Position numbers and translations under genes: made by a program. The notes under the pieces are model-generated. The model made no database searches and was not told where the DNA came from. It worked only from the letters and a program-made list of their open reading frames with translations. From contig OZ076414.1 of the NCBI GenBank assembly GCA_964187785.1, positions 67,394,001-67,458,000 on the forward strand: a stretch of DNA of 64,000 bases, read 5' to 3'. Source of the stretch: Amphiscolops sp. MND2022 (taxonomy: Eukaryota). Each line of letters begins with the position of its first letter. Positions within the stretch are counted from its first letter, which is position 1. Shown in pieces: positions 25,945-37,490 of this stretch.

Positions 25945-27001
25945 TTCTACTTTCGCGACGTAGGCACTAACTTGCTGGACTGGGTTCCGTAGTACGCTGT
26001 ACGAAACGTATCTAGGCACTTCGCCTTCCACGGAAACCCTCATTTGTTGTAGGAACGGATCATTAGGCAGTATTAGTCCATGCTTTACAACAGCAACGTC
26101 TTGCGATTCGTCTAAGAAGTCTACCTAAAAAAAACAAAAGATTAAATCTAAATGCCGAGATATTTTCATGAATGCCTAATCCCAGAGGTATACAAATCTT
26201 ACATGAACTAAATCCTAATTAGTGCAGCTACAAAAATTTGTCCTAATACATTTATTGGGTGTCCGGATTACTCATCTACCAATTCCAGCGGTGTACAACC
26301 TCTAATGCACTAAGTCTTCATAGGTATCCAGATTACTCTTCTTCTTATTCCAGAGATATACAATCACACAATGTACATATCATTACGACGCATAACCCTC
26401 ACTTTTTGAAAAGAACAGAATCGACTGCTAGTTGCGGTAGGACCTACAAGACCTGGAATCAGCTGTTCTAAGTGACGGATTTCAAAGACATACTTTATAA
26501 CACGTGCAGCAGTATCCGCTTGCGTTTTTCTGGATTTCGGGGACAAATCTCTTTACATAATTTTTTTAGTGGATTCCGGAGGCAAATCTTATTATTTTAA
26601 GCATCAGCGGATTCCGCATTGGATATTCCTTTTTTAACCAAACTGATGTTCAAAATACAAAACTGTTTTGGACTGAAACTCACCTCATCGTCATGAACGC
26701 AATGTTTGGGGTTGTACTCGAGTTGTACTACCCTTGGTGTTTGTCGTCTGTCCTCTCTGGAAAGGATGGAGGAATGTGTCGTTTCTATAACTTTTCGAAG
26801 GTTCCATAACGACAGATCTCAACGCTTTTCCTCTGGTACCTCGATAGTTTCTGAAGGATAATTCGAAGTGTAGCCCATCCATTTTTTAACAGACCAGTCG
26901 CTTACAACACCAATAAGTTTAGCCTTTGTCCACCTAGATATACTGTCGTCAAAAACATGAACAATTTCGTTTGGACGAAAATTTTCCGCGGGTGTTGACA
27001 T
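24964..27001 (-). pseudogene. Three-exon gene with an N-terminal Tudor/chromo-barrel-like domain, an acidic tract and an NLS-like motif
   Basis: Exons about 27001-26684, 26124-25400 and 25147-24964, with GT/AG sites in compatible phases. NFRPNEIVHVFDDSISRWTKAKLIGVVSDWSV-KKWMGY resembles the Tudor/Agenet pattern. Followed by EDDDDDDDDDD and PRPPAPKKLR. In-frame stops at 26819, 25723 and 25474. Confidence 0.55.
25124..25390. repeat. 140-bp tandem duplication that duplicates a splice acceptor
   Basis: ttcaatatgagcagcaa...gaccaattttgtttt occurs at 25124 and 25264. Confidence 0.9.
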
Positions 27002-27683
27002 ACTGCAAAATAATAATCAGGTGGGTAGGTTAACAGGTAGAATAACTTGACAAATGTATAAAGATTACAACGACTGACTACCAGTAAAAATTTTAGTAAA
27101 AGCGCGGTGCTAAACTGACACCTATCCATCATCGGTTAGAGACGCATTATGACACCCTTTGAAAAGCGTCACATCATTTCAAGAAGCATCAAATCATATG
27201 AAAAAGCGTCAAATAACACTTGAACGTGGTATTGGAGTTGAGGTACGAACATCTACGGTGATTTTAACCTCTCCATTCTCATTTGAGTTTCATCTTCTTC
27301 TGCAATGGTAGGATCAAGTGATATACAAGACTTATTGGATCAACATTTGTTGATTGTCGGATGCAACAAGCAGTTTATCAACAGTCACATTCTAGAGAAG
27401 ATATCTCTTGAGGAATCAAATTCCAAGAACAGGTATCGTAATATCCTTACGGCCGTCAAACAAATTGTTACTGGTACTTCGCTGGATCGAGATCCAGAAG
27501 CTTTGTTCAGAAGAGTCAAAACAAAAAAAAGAGGACGTGAAGCAGTCTATGTAGCTGGAAAAATAATGAAACTTATCATAGTTTGCGGATTGAGAGATCA
27601 CGCATGGAACCAAGTCAGGAAAGACTTCGTCTCCTTCTTTTTCTCCCAAGAGTTTATTTTTGATGTTGACCCTTACAATGTAT

Positions 27684-27850
27684 CTGTCCCAAACAACGTC
27701 CACATCATTGCGTCTGTTCCAAAGAACGTCCTCATCAATGCGTCTGTACCAAATAACGTCCCCTTCAAAGCATATGTACCAAACAACGTCCCCTTCCAAG
27801 CACCTGTACCAAACAACGTCCCCTTCAAAGCATCTGTCCCAACTAACAAC
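27684..27850 (+). repeat. 30-bp coding tandem repeat (VPNNVPFKAS-like, about 5.5 units)
   Basis: ctgtaccaaacaacgtccccttcaaagcat units within ORF 27305-27976. Confidence 0.92.
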
Positions 27851-28841
27851 TCGTGCATGCCTGTTTCCTTCGGCACATCTGGCGGATCCATCAAACGAGC
27901 TAACCGAATTGAGAGCAGACCGAAACTTTCATTACGTAAAAAGGCTCACGATGTGTGTAAAGCCGGGAAGAGTTGAAATTGAAGTGATTTTGGAGACAAG
28001 TCATTTGCTGCATCAGGTACAATTGGATTAGTATTCGTGGGTTGACTGAAGCAGCACACAAAGAAGCTAATCAAAGAAAGAGGCGGAACGGAGCATCCAA
28101 GAAGCAAAAAAATCATAAGGGGCATTATTGCTGGCTTGTTCAAGGACAGGGGTAGTTGTTCTGACTTTTGTGACGCTTTGACAATTCATACAAAGACTGG
28201 TAACGTAAATGACGTAATCAACCTGATTCGTTCTCGATTGTCAGTTCCTGGCCTGGGCTTTAACTTGGTACCCTCAAGTCGTACGTTGTCACGTCCAATG
28301 CCAAGTTCACCCAACATTTCATTAAACTCTGCAATCCGGAAAGAACCTTTAGTGGATTCCGAGTGGATGTTGTTCGATGCGTCAAACTTTCTGCATACGC
28401 AATCCTTCAAACTACAAACATCTCCGGACTGAAGGTCGATATCTGGGGAGATGGTGCCGCAATTGGAGGAACAAAAGTAACAAGGCTGGCGTTCAGATTG
28501 ATCTGTGAGGAAAGTGTGCAATCATCTGACAGTGTCTTCTGTTTTGCTTCGTACCGAGGCAAGGCAGCAGGTTTGCTTTAGAGCAAAATGTGGGATCTGA
28601 AAAAGTTGGGGACCAAACATCAGGGTGGCTGTTCAAGCTGACTGTTGTGTTGAGAGAACTCGGGGTCAAATTGACTTATAGCGGAGACAACCTGTTCCTA
28701 CTCAGGTGAGCAACACTTGATACCGCTTCACTTTATAGCTGAACGATGGAGTCTTATAGTGTTTTGTCAAATTAGTTCATGCAATTTCAGCCGCAAAATC
28801 TTTTGCTGCAATCTACTGGGAGCATCATGCATGGTTGCAGC

Positions 28842-29077
28842 TGTTACATTCGGGTTCATTCCGGCTCATGACCTTGCCGAGTTTCGGTTCCTAGAACTAC
28901 ACACCATTTTAGTTTATATGTCTAGAATGCCTACTAGTGTTGACAAATACATATAACATCAATACTAAATTAGATATCTCATTTATACGATTTTGATATC
29001 TACGATCTAGACTTACAAAAGAGATAAACTTTTAGAAACCTTTCTTTTCTTAGCATATAGTTTGTTAGAATAGAACA
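28842..29077 (+). repeat. 5' LTR of the Gypsy element
   Basis: tgttacattcggg...aatagaaca; 9 differences from the 3' LTR by manual alignment. Confidence 0.96.
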
Positions 29078-32000
29078 TGACGCCGCAGTCAGCGAATTTT
29101 TGAAATAAACCGGATTCTTATCAACAAACGGAAACCATGGCAGAAAGAATATAGTACCGAATCTTGAGACTAAAGCCACAGACGGGAATCCGGTATTCAC
29201 ACCGAGACAATGGCTAGAAAGATTCAATCAATTTACAAAAAGGGAACACAAGATTGATATCACACCCTCACTAAAAGGTGAAGACATAACCGATTCCGGT
29301 TGGGGCGCAAAAGAACAAGCAATACAAGAAAATTTTATCTGAGGAGTGGGACCGGAAGAACTTTTCCAGATAACCCGAGCAGAATAAAAGACAGACCCGG
29401 ACAGCATAAAAATTAAAGATCTAATCCGGTTATATACCGAATACTACCAAAACGGAACACTTACCACAACCCGAGAAGATTTCTTCTGGGCGAAACAATA
29501 AGAAGGAAAGACCGGAAGATTTTTGGAGACGACTAATCGAAATTGAAAAAGAATGCAATTTTGGCTCTAGTTCGGCCGAAGAATTGCTAATCTCTAAAAA
29601 CTTGACCGCAATAACCGGCAAGAAATTACGGGACAAAATATTGAATGAAAAAACACTGGAACTGAAGAAAATAATCGAACTGATAAAGCAAAACACATAT
29701 GAAAAGAAAAACAAAAAGAATACAACCCCGGAAGCCTTGATCTCATCAAAAGAGAAACAAATGATAAAAGAAGAACCGACACAGAGAATGGAAAGTTTCG
29801 GAATAAAACCGAAAAATAAACAATTCGGAAACCGACCATGCAGATTTTGCAATGCACCAAACTGGTCACCGATACACAAATGCCCGGCATTAGAAGCAAA
29901 CTGCAATAAATGCGGAAAGAAAGGCCACTTTGCAAAAGCATGCAGACAAAGAACATACAATAACCAAACAGTGAAAAGACTAACCGAAGACGAAACTCAA
30001 CAACCGAACGAATCAACCAGCGAATCAGAAGAGAGCATACATCACATCAAAGAAATGAAAGTAATCGAAGAAAAGAACAAACACTATACGGCAACGATCA
30101 AAATAAACGGAGTGAAGAAAGATTTTATTATCGACACGGGATCACCAATAACGATCAGACGAAAGTGCGACCAGACGAAAGAATCACGAAACATGCCGAA
30201 ATTCAAAAAGTAACAAACCGATACCAAGATGTAAAGAAAAACGAAGTGAAATTTCGGGAAAAAGTTGCGGTAAACATAGAATACGAAAAAAACAAACAGA
30301 AGATGGAAATTCTGATAACCGAAGGAACAGATATAATACCATTACTCGGAATGGATTGGATGAAAACATTCAGAATAACCATCGGAAGAATACAATTGGC
30401 CGAAAACAACCAATCAGAAAAGAAGAGAATTATAAAAGTTTCCGGACCTATTTGAAAACAACCAGACACAAAAAAAATACCGAAATAAGAATACAATTAA
30501 AGCCCGGACATTTTCCGGTGAAACAAAAAGCCCGACCGGTACCACTACACCTACAAGAAAATGTAGGAAGAGAATTAGAAAAACTAATCAAATCCGGACA
30601 CTTGGAGAAAATGAAAGATGTTGACGAAGATTGTTTTGTATCACCGGTAATAATCACAGTAAAAAGTGACAAATCAGTGAAAATAGCATTAGACTCCTGA
30701 AAGCTAAATGATAGCTGCATCAAAATGAGACCACATATGCCGAACATGGAAGAACTATTATATCAAATTTCGGTAGAGATAACACGCGACCGGACAATGC
30801 AACTATTCATGTCTAAAATAGACATGGATTACGCTGACTTATCTAAATACAACAATTTAACCGCAAACAAGAAGTCCTTCGAAGACAACATCGAAAAAGC
30901 CGAATTTGAGTTTATGCTGGACCTGAAGACGCTGATATCAAAAACAGCAATTGATTCGGCGCTGACCCGTGTAAGAACCAGTATGCGCCGAGAAGACAGA
31001 AAAACTATCCCGGACGGCTAACGCACGGTCTTCGACAAATTATCGATCAGATGGGGCCTGATATTCGTTGACGAACAAATCGTCATACCCATCGATCTGG
31101 GACGACGACTGCACGATATTCTTCTATTCGGTCATTCCGGCATCACAAAAATGACAACCGAGCCAAAATTTTCTGGTGGCTGAACAAAAAACAGGACATC
31201 GAAACGAAAGTCAAGGATTGTACAGAATGCCTAGCATCAGGTAAAAATCTTAACTACCAATTACCGAAAAAACATTACGGAAAATTAGAAAAATTGTCCG
31301 AACCCGGACAAGAAATACACACTGATTTTACTGGAAACCTACGCAATAAAAAGTTAGGCGGAGAAACACAAATACTGATCGCTATAGATAGATTTAGCAA
31401 GTGGCCGACAGCGAAAAATTTTGAATCTTCGGAAACAAAAGAAGTAACATATTTCCTATCTTGTAATTTTAATTTGTACGGAATACCGGGAAAGATAAAA
31501 TGAAACAAAGGGGGAGCGTTCGTTTCAAAAGAACATCGACAATTTTGTATAAGCCGAAATATAGAAATAGAATACTGTACACCCCGAAAGCACACCGGAA
31601 ACGGAGTAGTCGAGAGAGCAATCCAAACAATCAAAAACTTAATAATAGCAAACATGGAAGACGGACTATGCCTAACCGAAAGCGTAAACCGGGCACTACG
31701 AGTGATGCGTTTCACAATAATACGGGAATAAAAATAACACCGTTTGAATTACACCACGGAAGAAAACCGAGAACCGAATTAACAAACATTGTTAAAGACG
31801 GAAAAACATACTTATCTATTTGGTCGGAAATGACTATTTCAGCTCCGGACAGACCAAAAATCCTAATCTATGTGGGCCGCGATGCGGAAGGTCAAATAAC
31901 TACCAACCATATCATAATGGCAAAGACGAAGAATGAAAAAAAACAAGCGGGAGGAAGCACAAAGTCACCGAAGAAAAAAAACTCAGTTAGATACCCTTTC

Positions 32001-32764
32001 TCATTCGTTGAAAAAAATTATAACAAAAAATCCCTAGAAGGGAGTTTTCAAAACAAAATACAAACCGCAATAAGCGGAACCGAAACCACCGTAAAAACGG
32101 ATACCGGAAAAATTATCAACCGAAAATTTATCTCGGGACCATAATTTCAGATCGAAATGAAATCACAAAGAGAGACGACACTAAATACCAACGGCGAGAT
32201 AAACCCGAAAAACAGACACTGCCTCCGAGGCCTCGATGGCAAATACGGCAGATGGGACGAGATACTCCATGACATATTAAACGGAAAACTAAAGATCGTC
32301 CAAAACCGAAAACAGACGGCAAGCGACACGGAAGAAGAAGGCGATTATGACGACGATGAAGAGATGCCGGAAGAAATCGGGACACCAACACCGAAGACTT
32401 ATGATACCTCAGAACGGGACGGACGGTATGCACCAATCCGCACTTACCCGGAAGAAGAAGATACACTACAACTGCATACCGACGGCGAGATATCGGGTGA
32501 GAATATAAAAACAAATTTAAGACGGTCCATCCGAGATAGTAAAAAACCGAATAGATACGGCACCATAACATACACTGGAAATTTTTGGGGTTAGAAATAA
32601 AATGATTAAAAAGGAATTGCACTTGTTACAGGAAACTTGTCCATCCGACCAAAGGGAACACCACAATCGGAGAAAATTCAAAAGCCCGCAGAATTTCTAC
32701 CAGAAGGAACAACCCCAGGAACCTCAAACCAGAACTGAGAAGGAGGAGAAGAAAGAGGGGGAAA

Positions 32765-33000
32765 TGTTACATTCGGGTTCATTCCGGTTAATGACCTTGC
32801 CGAGTTTCGGTTCCTAGAACTACAAACCATTTCAGTTTATATGTCTAGAATACCTACTAGTGTTGACAAATACATATAACATCAATACTAAATTAGATAT
32901 CTCATTTATACGATTTTGATATCTACGATCTAGACTTACAAAAGAGATAAACTTCTAGAAACCTTTCTTTTCTTAGCATCTAGTTTGTTTGAATAGACCA
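32765..33000 (+). repeat. 3' LTR of the Gypsy element
   Basis: tgttacattcggg...aatagacca, preceded by the polypurine tract. Confidence 0.96.
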
Positions 33001-35089
33001 GCAGCCTGATTCATGAACTCTGGATTTAGGAGAGATTCTTACTGTTTATTCTCTTGCTGTTTTGTCTTTTTATTGTTTTTGCTGTAGTGTAATTTGAGAA
33101 GAGCTCAAATTTTTTTCTTCATTTAGGTTAATTCTAGGTTAATTCTCAAACGATCGCAGCTGAGATTTCCTCTCACTCATGCCTGTGTTTCTGGGATCAG
33201 ACGAGACGTTTCTTCCTACAACAGTGGATCCAAAGTCTGGATACCGAAGCAAAGTTCCAGTTCCTTTCCGTACTGGTCTACCTGCGACGTCTCTCGTAAG
33301 CTACGACAACATACAATGCGTTTGCCTTGATTTAGTGCACATGATAACAAGATGCGTCAAAAATGACTTGAAAAAAATGCACAGAAGCTTGTTGATGACA
33401 AGCATCTCAAAGAGAACGAGTCACTTGCGCGATTGGAAGAAAATCTGACCAAACGAGATGTGAAGAAACCACATTTCTGGTTCGATACGACTACCAAATC
33501 TGGACAGAAGGTGAAGACTGTCGGTGCGGTGTCACTTTCTGGGTCGGGAGCACTTACAGCAATTGCCAACAAAGAAGAGCTTTCTGATATGATTCCGGAC
33601 ATGACAAACATTTTTGAAGGTGTATGTAAAGACGAAGGACTGTTATTGGGAAGCAATGACAATTAAAACTCCGTCAAGGTGCTGAAACAGATATACCCGT
33701 CAATGGTTTCGAAACCAAATCCCACGAAAAAGAATAAAAACTATGAGTACATTTTTGTTTCAGATGCAGCTGAGCTCATGAGGGAAAGCCTTAACATGTG
33801 CACTATTCGTTTGCGCAGTTCACGGACCGGTCTCGACATTACAAGTTTCAGAAAGTGGGCAGAGACGTATTACCAAGTCTCAATGGTACTTTTTGGCAAG
33901 GTAAAGGACTTACGCCTTACAAGCTGAAGATGCTACTTTATCCACAAGTAATTGAGAGCGGACATATAATAATTCCCTGGAATCATATGTGCGAGTGTTT
34001 GGAGAAGACTAACCATAATGCAAACAAAGCATTCCAGAGCAAGACGATGAGAGGCGGAGGAAAGCAGTCAACCCAGGATCCCCTTTTTTGAGCATCAATT
34101 TTCCTTGCTGAAGCTGTTCAGGAAACAATCCCTTAAAGCAAAACAAGTTTCAATTAACGATTTGTTATCGAATGCACGAGGAATTATCGGCATTGTCAAT
34201 CAAGCTGACGAAGAGTCGAAGACTTACAATGATATTTGCCTGCAGCCTGTTTCCTGCGCTTCGATTGCTGTCGGTGAAACACGAAACAAGAAACACCGAT
34301 TTTTGGGGTTGTACTATTTTGTAGTGGGTAACTTTGGTTCAATGAAAAATGAAGATACCCAAAATGCGATAACGGAGATGGGCAAAACAGTTTGCACCAA
34401 AGCAAGTGCTGAAACATTGTTATTTTCGCACTCAACTTGTTCAAACTGCTTTGTCGTTATGAAGGACGAAAAAGAGTTGCGGAAGTCGATGAATGTCCTC
34501 AAAGAATCAACGAACGATAAAGAGTTGACGGACGTGCCGAAAAAGTCTGTATCGGAAAATGCGGCAACACCAACCGGAATTCTATGTAGCTAATTTGCTG
34601 AAGGAGATTGGAATTCCAATCACGTTTCGTTTGTACTAGATTCGTTACAATCAGATCGCATCCTGGATTCGAAAAAGTACGAAATGTTACCCGGACCAAA
34701 TGTCAAGAAATTGCAAGTTAAAGAAGTGCGCCCATTGTTAGCGAGGCAGTGCAGTGAACAAGGTCAAAAAGTTTCTGCTATCTCAGCCCTGAGGAGCCAC
34801 AGAAACAAAAAAAAGGTCCAAGCGGAAAAAGCAGCAGATAAGGAGGAAACAGTATCTACTTGAACTTCATTTCGTATGATTCTTTTTGTTAGTTGTTTTG
34901 TATATTTTGTTCTGTTCAATTGAGTTGTTTACGTACAAACTTATGTCCTTCATACTTAAAAAGTCGTTGAAGGCAAAATCATGGTCTTTCTGTGAGTATT
35001 TGATATGGGAGATGTCGATTTTTGCTAGTCGGAAAAGTTTGGAGCCTTAAACAGTGAATTCCGTTGCTAGCGAGTGTTGCGCTTCATAA

Positions 35090-35449
35090 TTATTGTCTTC
35101 CGAAAAAGCAGTGCGGAATTTAGGGACAAATAGTTATACATGTACAGCTGAAGCCGCAGACAAATGTTAATCTATTGCAATTTCAGTTCCCTGTACCATA
35201 CCTCAAGAAAATATCCAAATATGCGTAGTAGCATAAAACAGTGGATTCCGCGGTAAGCGAGAGTTTTGCCCCTCATAACAACGGGACCCGCTGTTTTATA
35301 TTCCAGATTATTGTCGTCCAAAAAAGCAGTGCGGACTTTAGCGACAAATAGTAATACATGTGCAGCGGAATCCGCAGACAAATGTTAATACATTGCGATT
35401 TCATTTTCCTGTACCATACCTTAGGAAATTATCTGAATGTGCCTAGCAG
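35090..35449. repeat. Two direct copies (period 218) of a repeat of about 145 bp containing GCGGAATCCGC
   Basis: ttattgtc..aaaaagcagtgcgga..gacaaatag..ccgcagacaaatgttaat..gtaccatacc at 35090 and 35308. Confidence 0.88.
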
Positions 35450-35568
35450 TTTGAAATATGCTCAATAGCTGTGAAATATACAAAGTGTTTCTAAAATCAT
35501 CAATTCTCTAGCTATTGTATGTTTAAATAAAAATCACTAAAATTAGGAAATTGAAAGTTACTAAATAG

Positions 35569-35951
35569 TTTGCATGTATCTGGCCAGACTTTTGTGCAAC
35601 TTCTAGTCAGACAAAGTCAAAAAGTACTATGAAAGTTTGCATGAAAACTACATACTTTCTGGCAAACAGTGTCAACGGAATTTTCGACTGTATGACAATT
35701 CGTCTTCTGCACAATCATAGCAGCGTTGAAGAGCTGTGCCTTCTCAAGCTTGTCCATGTCGTTTGCATGTATCTGGCCAGACTTCTATGCAACTTCTAGT
35801 CAGACAAAGTCAAAAAGTACTATGAAAGTTTGCATGAAAAATACATACTTTCTGGCAAACAGTGTCAACGGAATTTTCGACTGTATGACAATTCGTCTTC
35901 TGCACAATCATAGCAGCGTTGAAGAGCTGTGCCTTCTCAAGCTTGTCCATG
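35569..35951. repeat. 192-bp tandem duplication, including a minus-strand exon end and splice donor downstream of the JmjC exons
   Basis: gtttgcatgtatctggccagac...caagcttgtccatgt at 35569 and 35761. Confidence 0.95.
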
Positions 35952-36102
35952 TATGCAGCAGAACTAAAAAACACCAACCTCTGTGTTTAGGTAATGATTG
36001 TTTCATAACTAATATGAACAGACTATATACAAAACTACATGCATCATGAAAGGTTATAATAATATAATACTTAAAAATAAAAATGTACCGCATCAAACTC
36101 AC

Positions 36103-37180
36103 AATCTGCGTGAACAAAAGTCGGGGAAAATGGGGATAACATTCGTCGTAGGGGTCATGTCGGTACCGCTCTTCGTAGAACTCTTCTGCAGCTTTCTTAA
36201 CGTGCAGGTGATGGATGAAGTTGACTCCCAGAGCAACTGACATGCCAAAAGTCTCCATCGCGTGGATCATCTTCGCAGGAAGAATTAGCGCCTGCCCCTT
36301 GAAGAGACTGACTTTTGTGCACCCGCCCATGTCAAGTTCTTGGGTCCCCTCTGAACAATCAAAAACAGTAATACATTTTAACCGGTTATCAGTCATACAT
36401 GCATAACAAAAAAAGCATTGTGTAGTGTAAGTATAAACAGTATTACTTGCCTGGGGATATTTTTGAACGCCTTGAACATTTCTGGCAGTGAGCCTCACAA
36501 CATGAAAAGCTTCAACTCCTGTAACAATAGTCGGTCAGCCACCAAACACTTGACATCTCATATAAAAAAACGACTTTTAATTTACTTATTGTACTTAAAC
36601 CTGGTACCAACCTTTCGCCAGATAATACAGAACACTTATGGATGAAAAATCCTGGTGGGACCTCGTGATTGCGCCTATTTGTGAAATCAGCAAAAAATTC
36701 GATTCACGCACTGGACGCAATTCTGCAGGTGTCTGTTCCCCACTTCATTTGCCCAAGGGAAACCTCGTCTAGAAAGCTGGGCTTCTTGAATGAGGCTCCT
36801 GGGTACTTGTTTGGCTCGGCAAGGATGACGTTGTAGAATCTGGGGGGGGTTCACTCTCCATCATCTCGGTAACTCTGTTACCTGGCACTTTCTTCCCTTC
36901 CTGAATGATAGGTATCAGGTCAGGTACATGTATTCTCAAATTCATAAAAGAGAACAAAATTGATGTTTGTATCTCTACTAGCAGTTACATTGACTGTGCT
37001 AACCTCGAATTTTTCGTCAAATAACGAAGTGTTACTGGGTTGCCACTGTACTCCTGCATCATCTGTTGAACAGACGACATTCGGCTCATCTTCCCTCTGT
37101 ATAACTTCGTGTTGAAGCCGGGGATGGCAACACCGTCACGGATGACAAAGACATATTCCCCGTCCAAAAAAACGGATCTG
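36103..37180 (-). pseudogene. JmjC-domain protein (KDM2/KDM7-like), four decayed exons
   Basis: Exons about 37180-36989, 36900-about 36625, 36518-36447 and 36350-36103. RFYNVILAE and FKKPSFLDEVS align with KDM2 LYNVISLE / QRPSTVD. GQALILPAKMIHAMETFGMSVALGVNFIH matches the JmjC C-terminal G-x-x-F-V-I-P-S-G-W-I-H-A-V...GGNFLH pattern. Confidence 0.8.
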
Positions 37181-37279
37181 ACAGCAGTTCTTGTGTGACT
37201 TCTCCTGCTGTAATGTCGCGTCGCATCGAGGTAGCATTTGGAATTTAAATTTAATCCAAATTACTTTACACAGGAGACA

Positions 37280-37490
37280 AAATCTTATTCGTCAATCCAG
37301 AGATATAAATCTAGAGAAAAGATCTTATTCTCAAAACCAGAGGTTTAAGTCTGAAGAAGAGATCTTATTCCTGAATCCAGAGACTCAAAACCGATTAGAT
37401 CTAGAATCTGGAGAAGAGATCGGATTCTATGATCCTGAGAAGAGATCTCATTCTTAAATCCAGAGAAGATCCTACTTGACTCATAAGGTC
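37280..37490. repeat. Degenerate minisatellite (gagatcttattc...aatccagag, units of about 40 bp)
   Basis: Repeated agatcttattc / atccagag motifs. Confidence 0.7.

Larger units (their letters stand above)
28842..33000 (+). mobile_element. Ty3/Gypsy LTR retrotransposon, internally deleted (most of RT and RNase H missing)
   Basis: 236-bp LTRs and a perfect 5-bp TSD GCAGC. Gag CCHC CNKCGKKGHFAKAC, protease FIIDTGSPIT, RT start (PVKQKARPVP, FVSPV, SKIDMDYA) jumping at about 30835 to the pre-integrase region. Integrase HSGITKM/CTEC, IHTDFTG, IDRFSKWP, GNGVVERAIQT. PPT aaagaggggggaaa. Confidence 0.96.
27305..34863 (+). pseudogene. RAG1/Transib-like DDE transposase with a C-terminal BRCT-like domain; decayed, with a Gypsy insertion in its intron
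   Basis: Putative D1 LKVDIWGDGA (about 28430-28460), D2 KLTYSGDNLFLLR (about 28670-28705), donor AG/GTGAGC at 28706, CLDLVHMITR, LTPYKLK...HMCECLEKTNHNANKAFQSKTMRGG (putative E). Then FLGLYYFVVGNFG...ITEMG and VSFVLDSLQSDRILDSKKY (BRCT-like). Several frameshifts and stops. Confidence 0.65.

Noticed and set aside
29430-30496. Hydrophobic minus-strand ORFs resembling membrane proteins
   Set aside because: Antisense of the A-rich Gypsy gag/pol; the Phe/Leu richness is compositional. The same applies to 63547-63900.
36769-36957. ORF-track peptides taken as separate small genes in the JmjC region
   Set aside because: Better explained as frameshifted pieces and intron read-through of one JmjC pseudogene.
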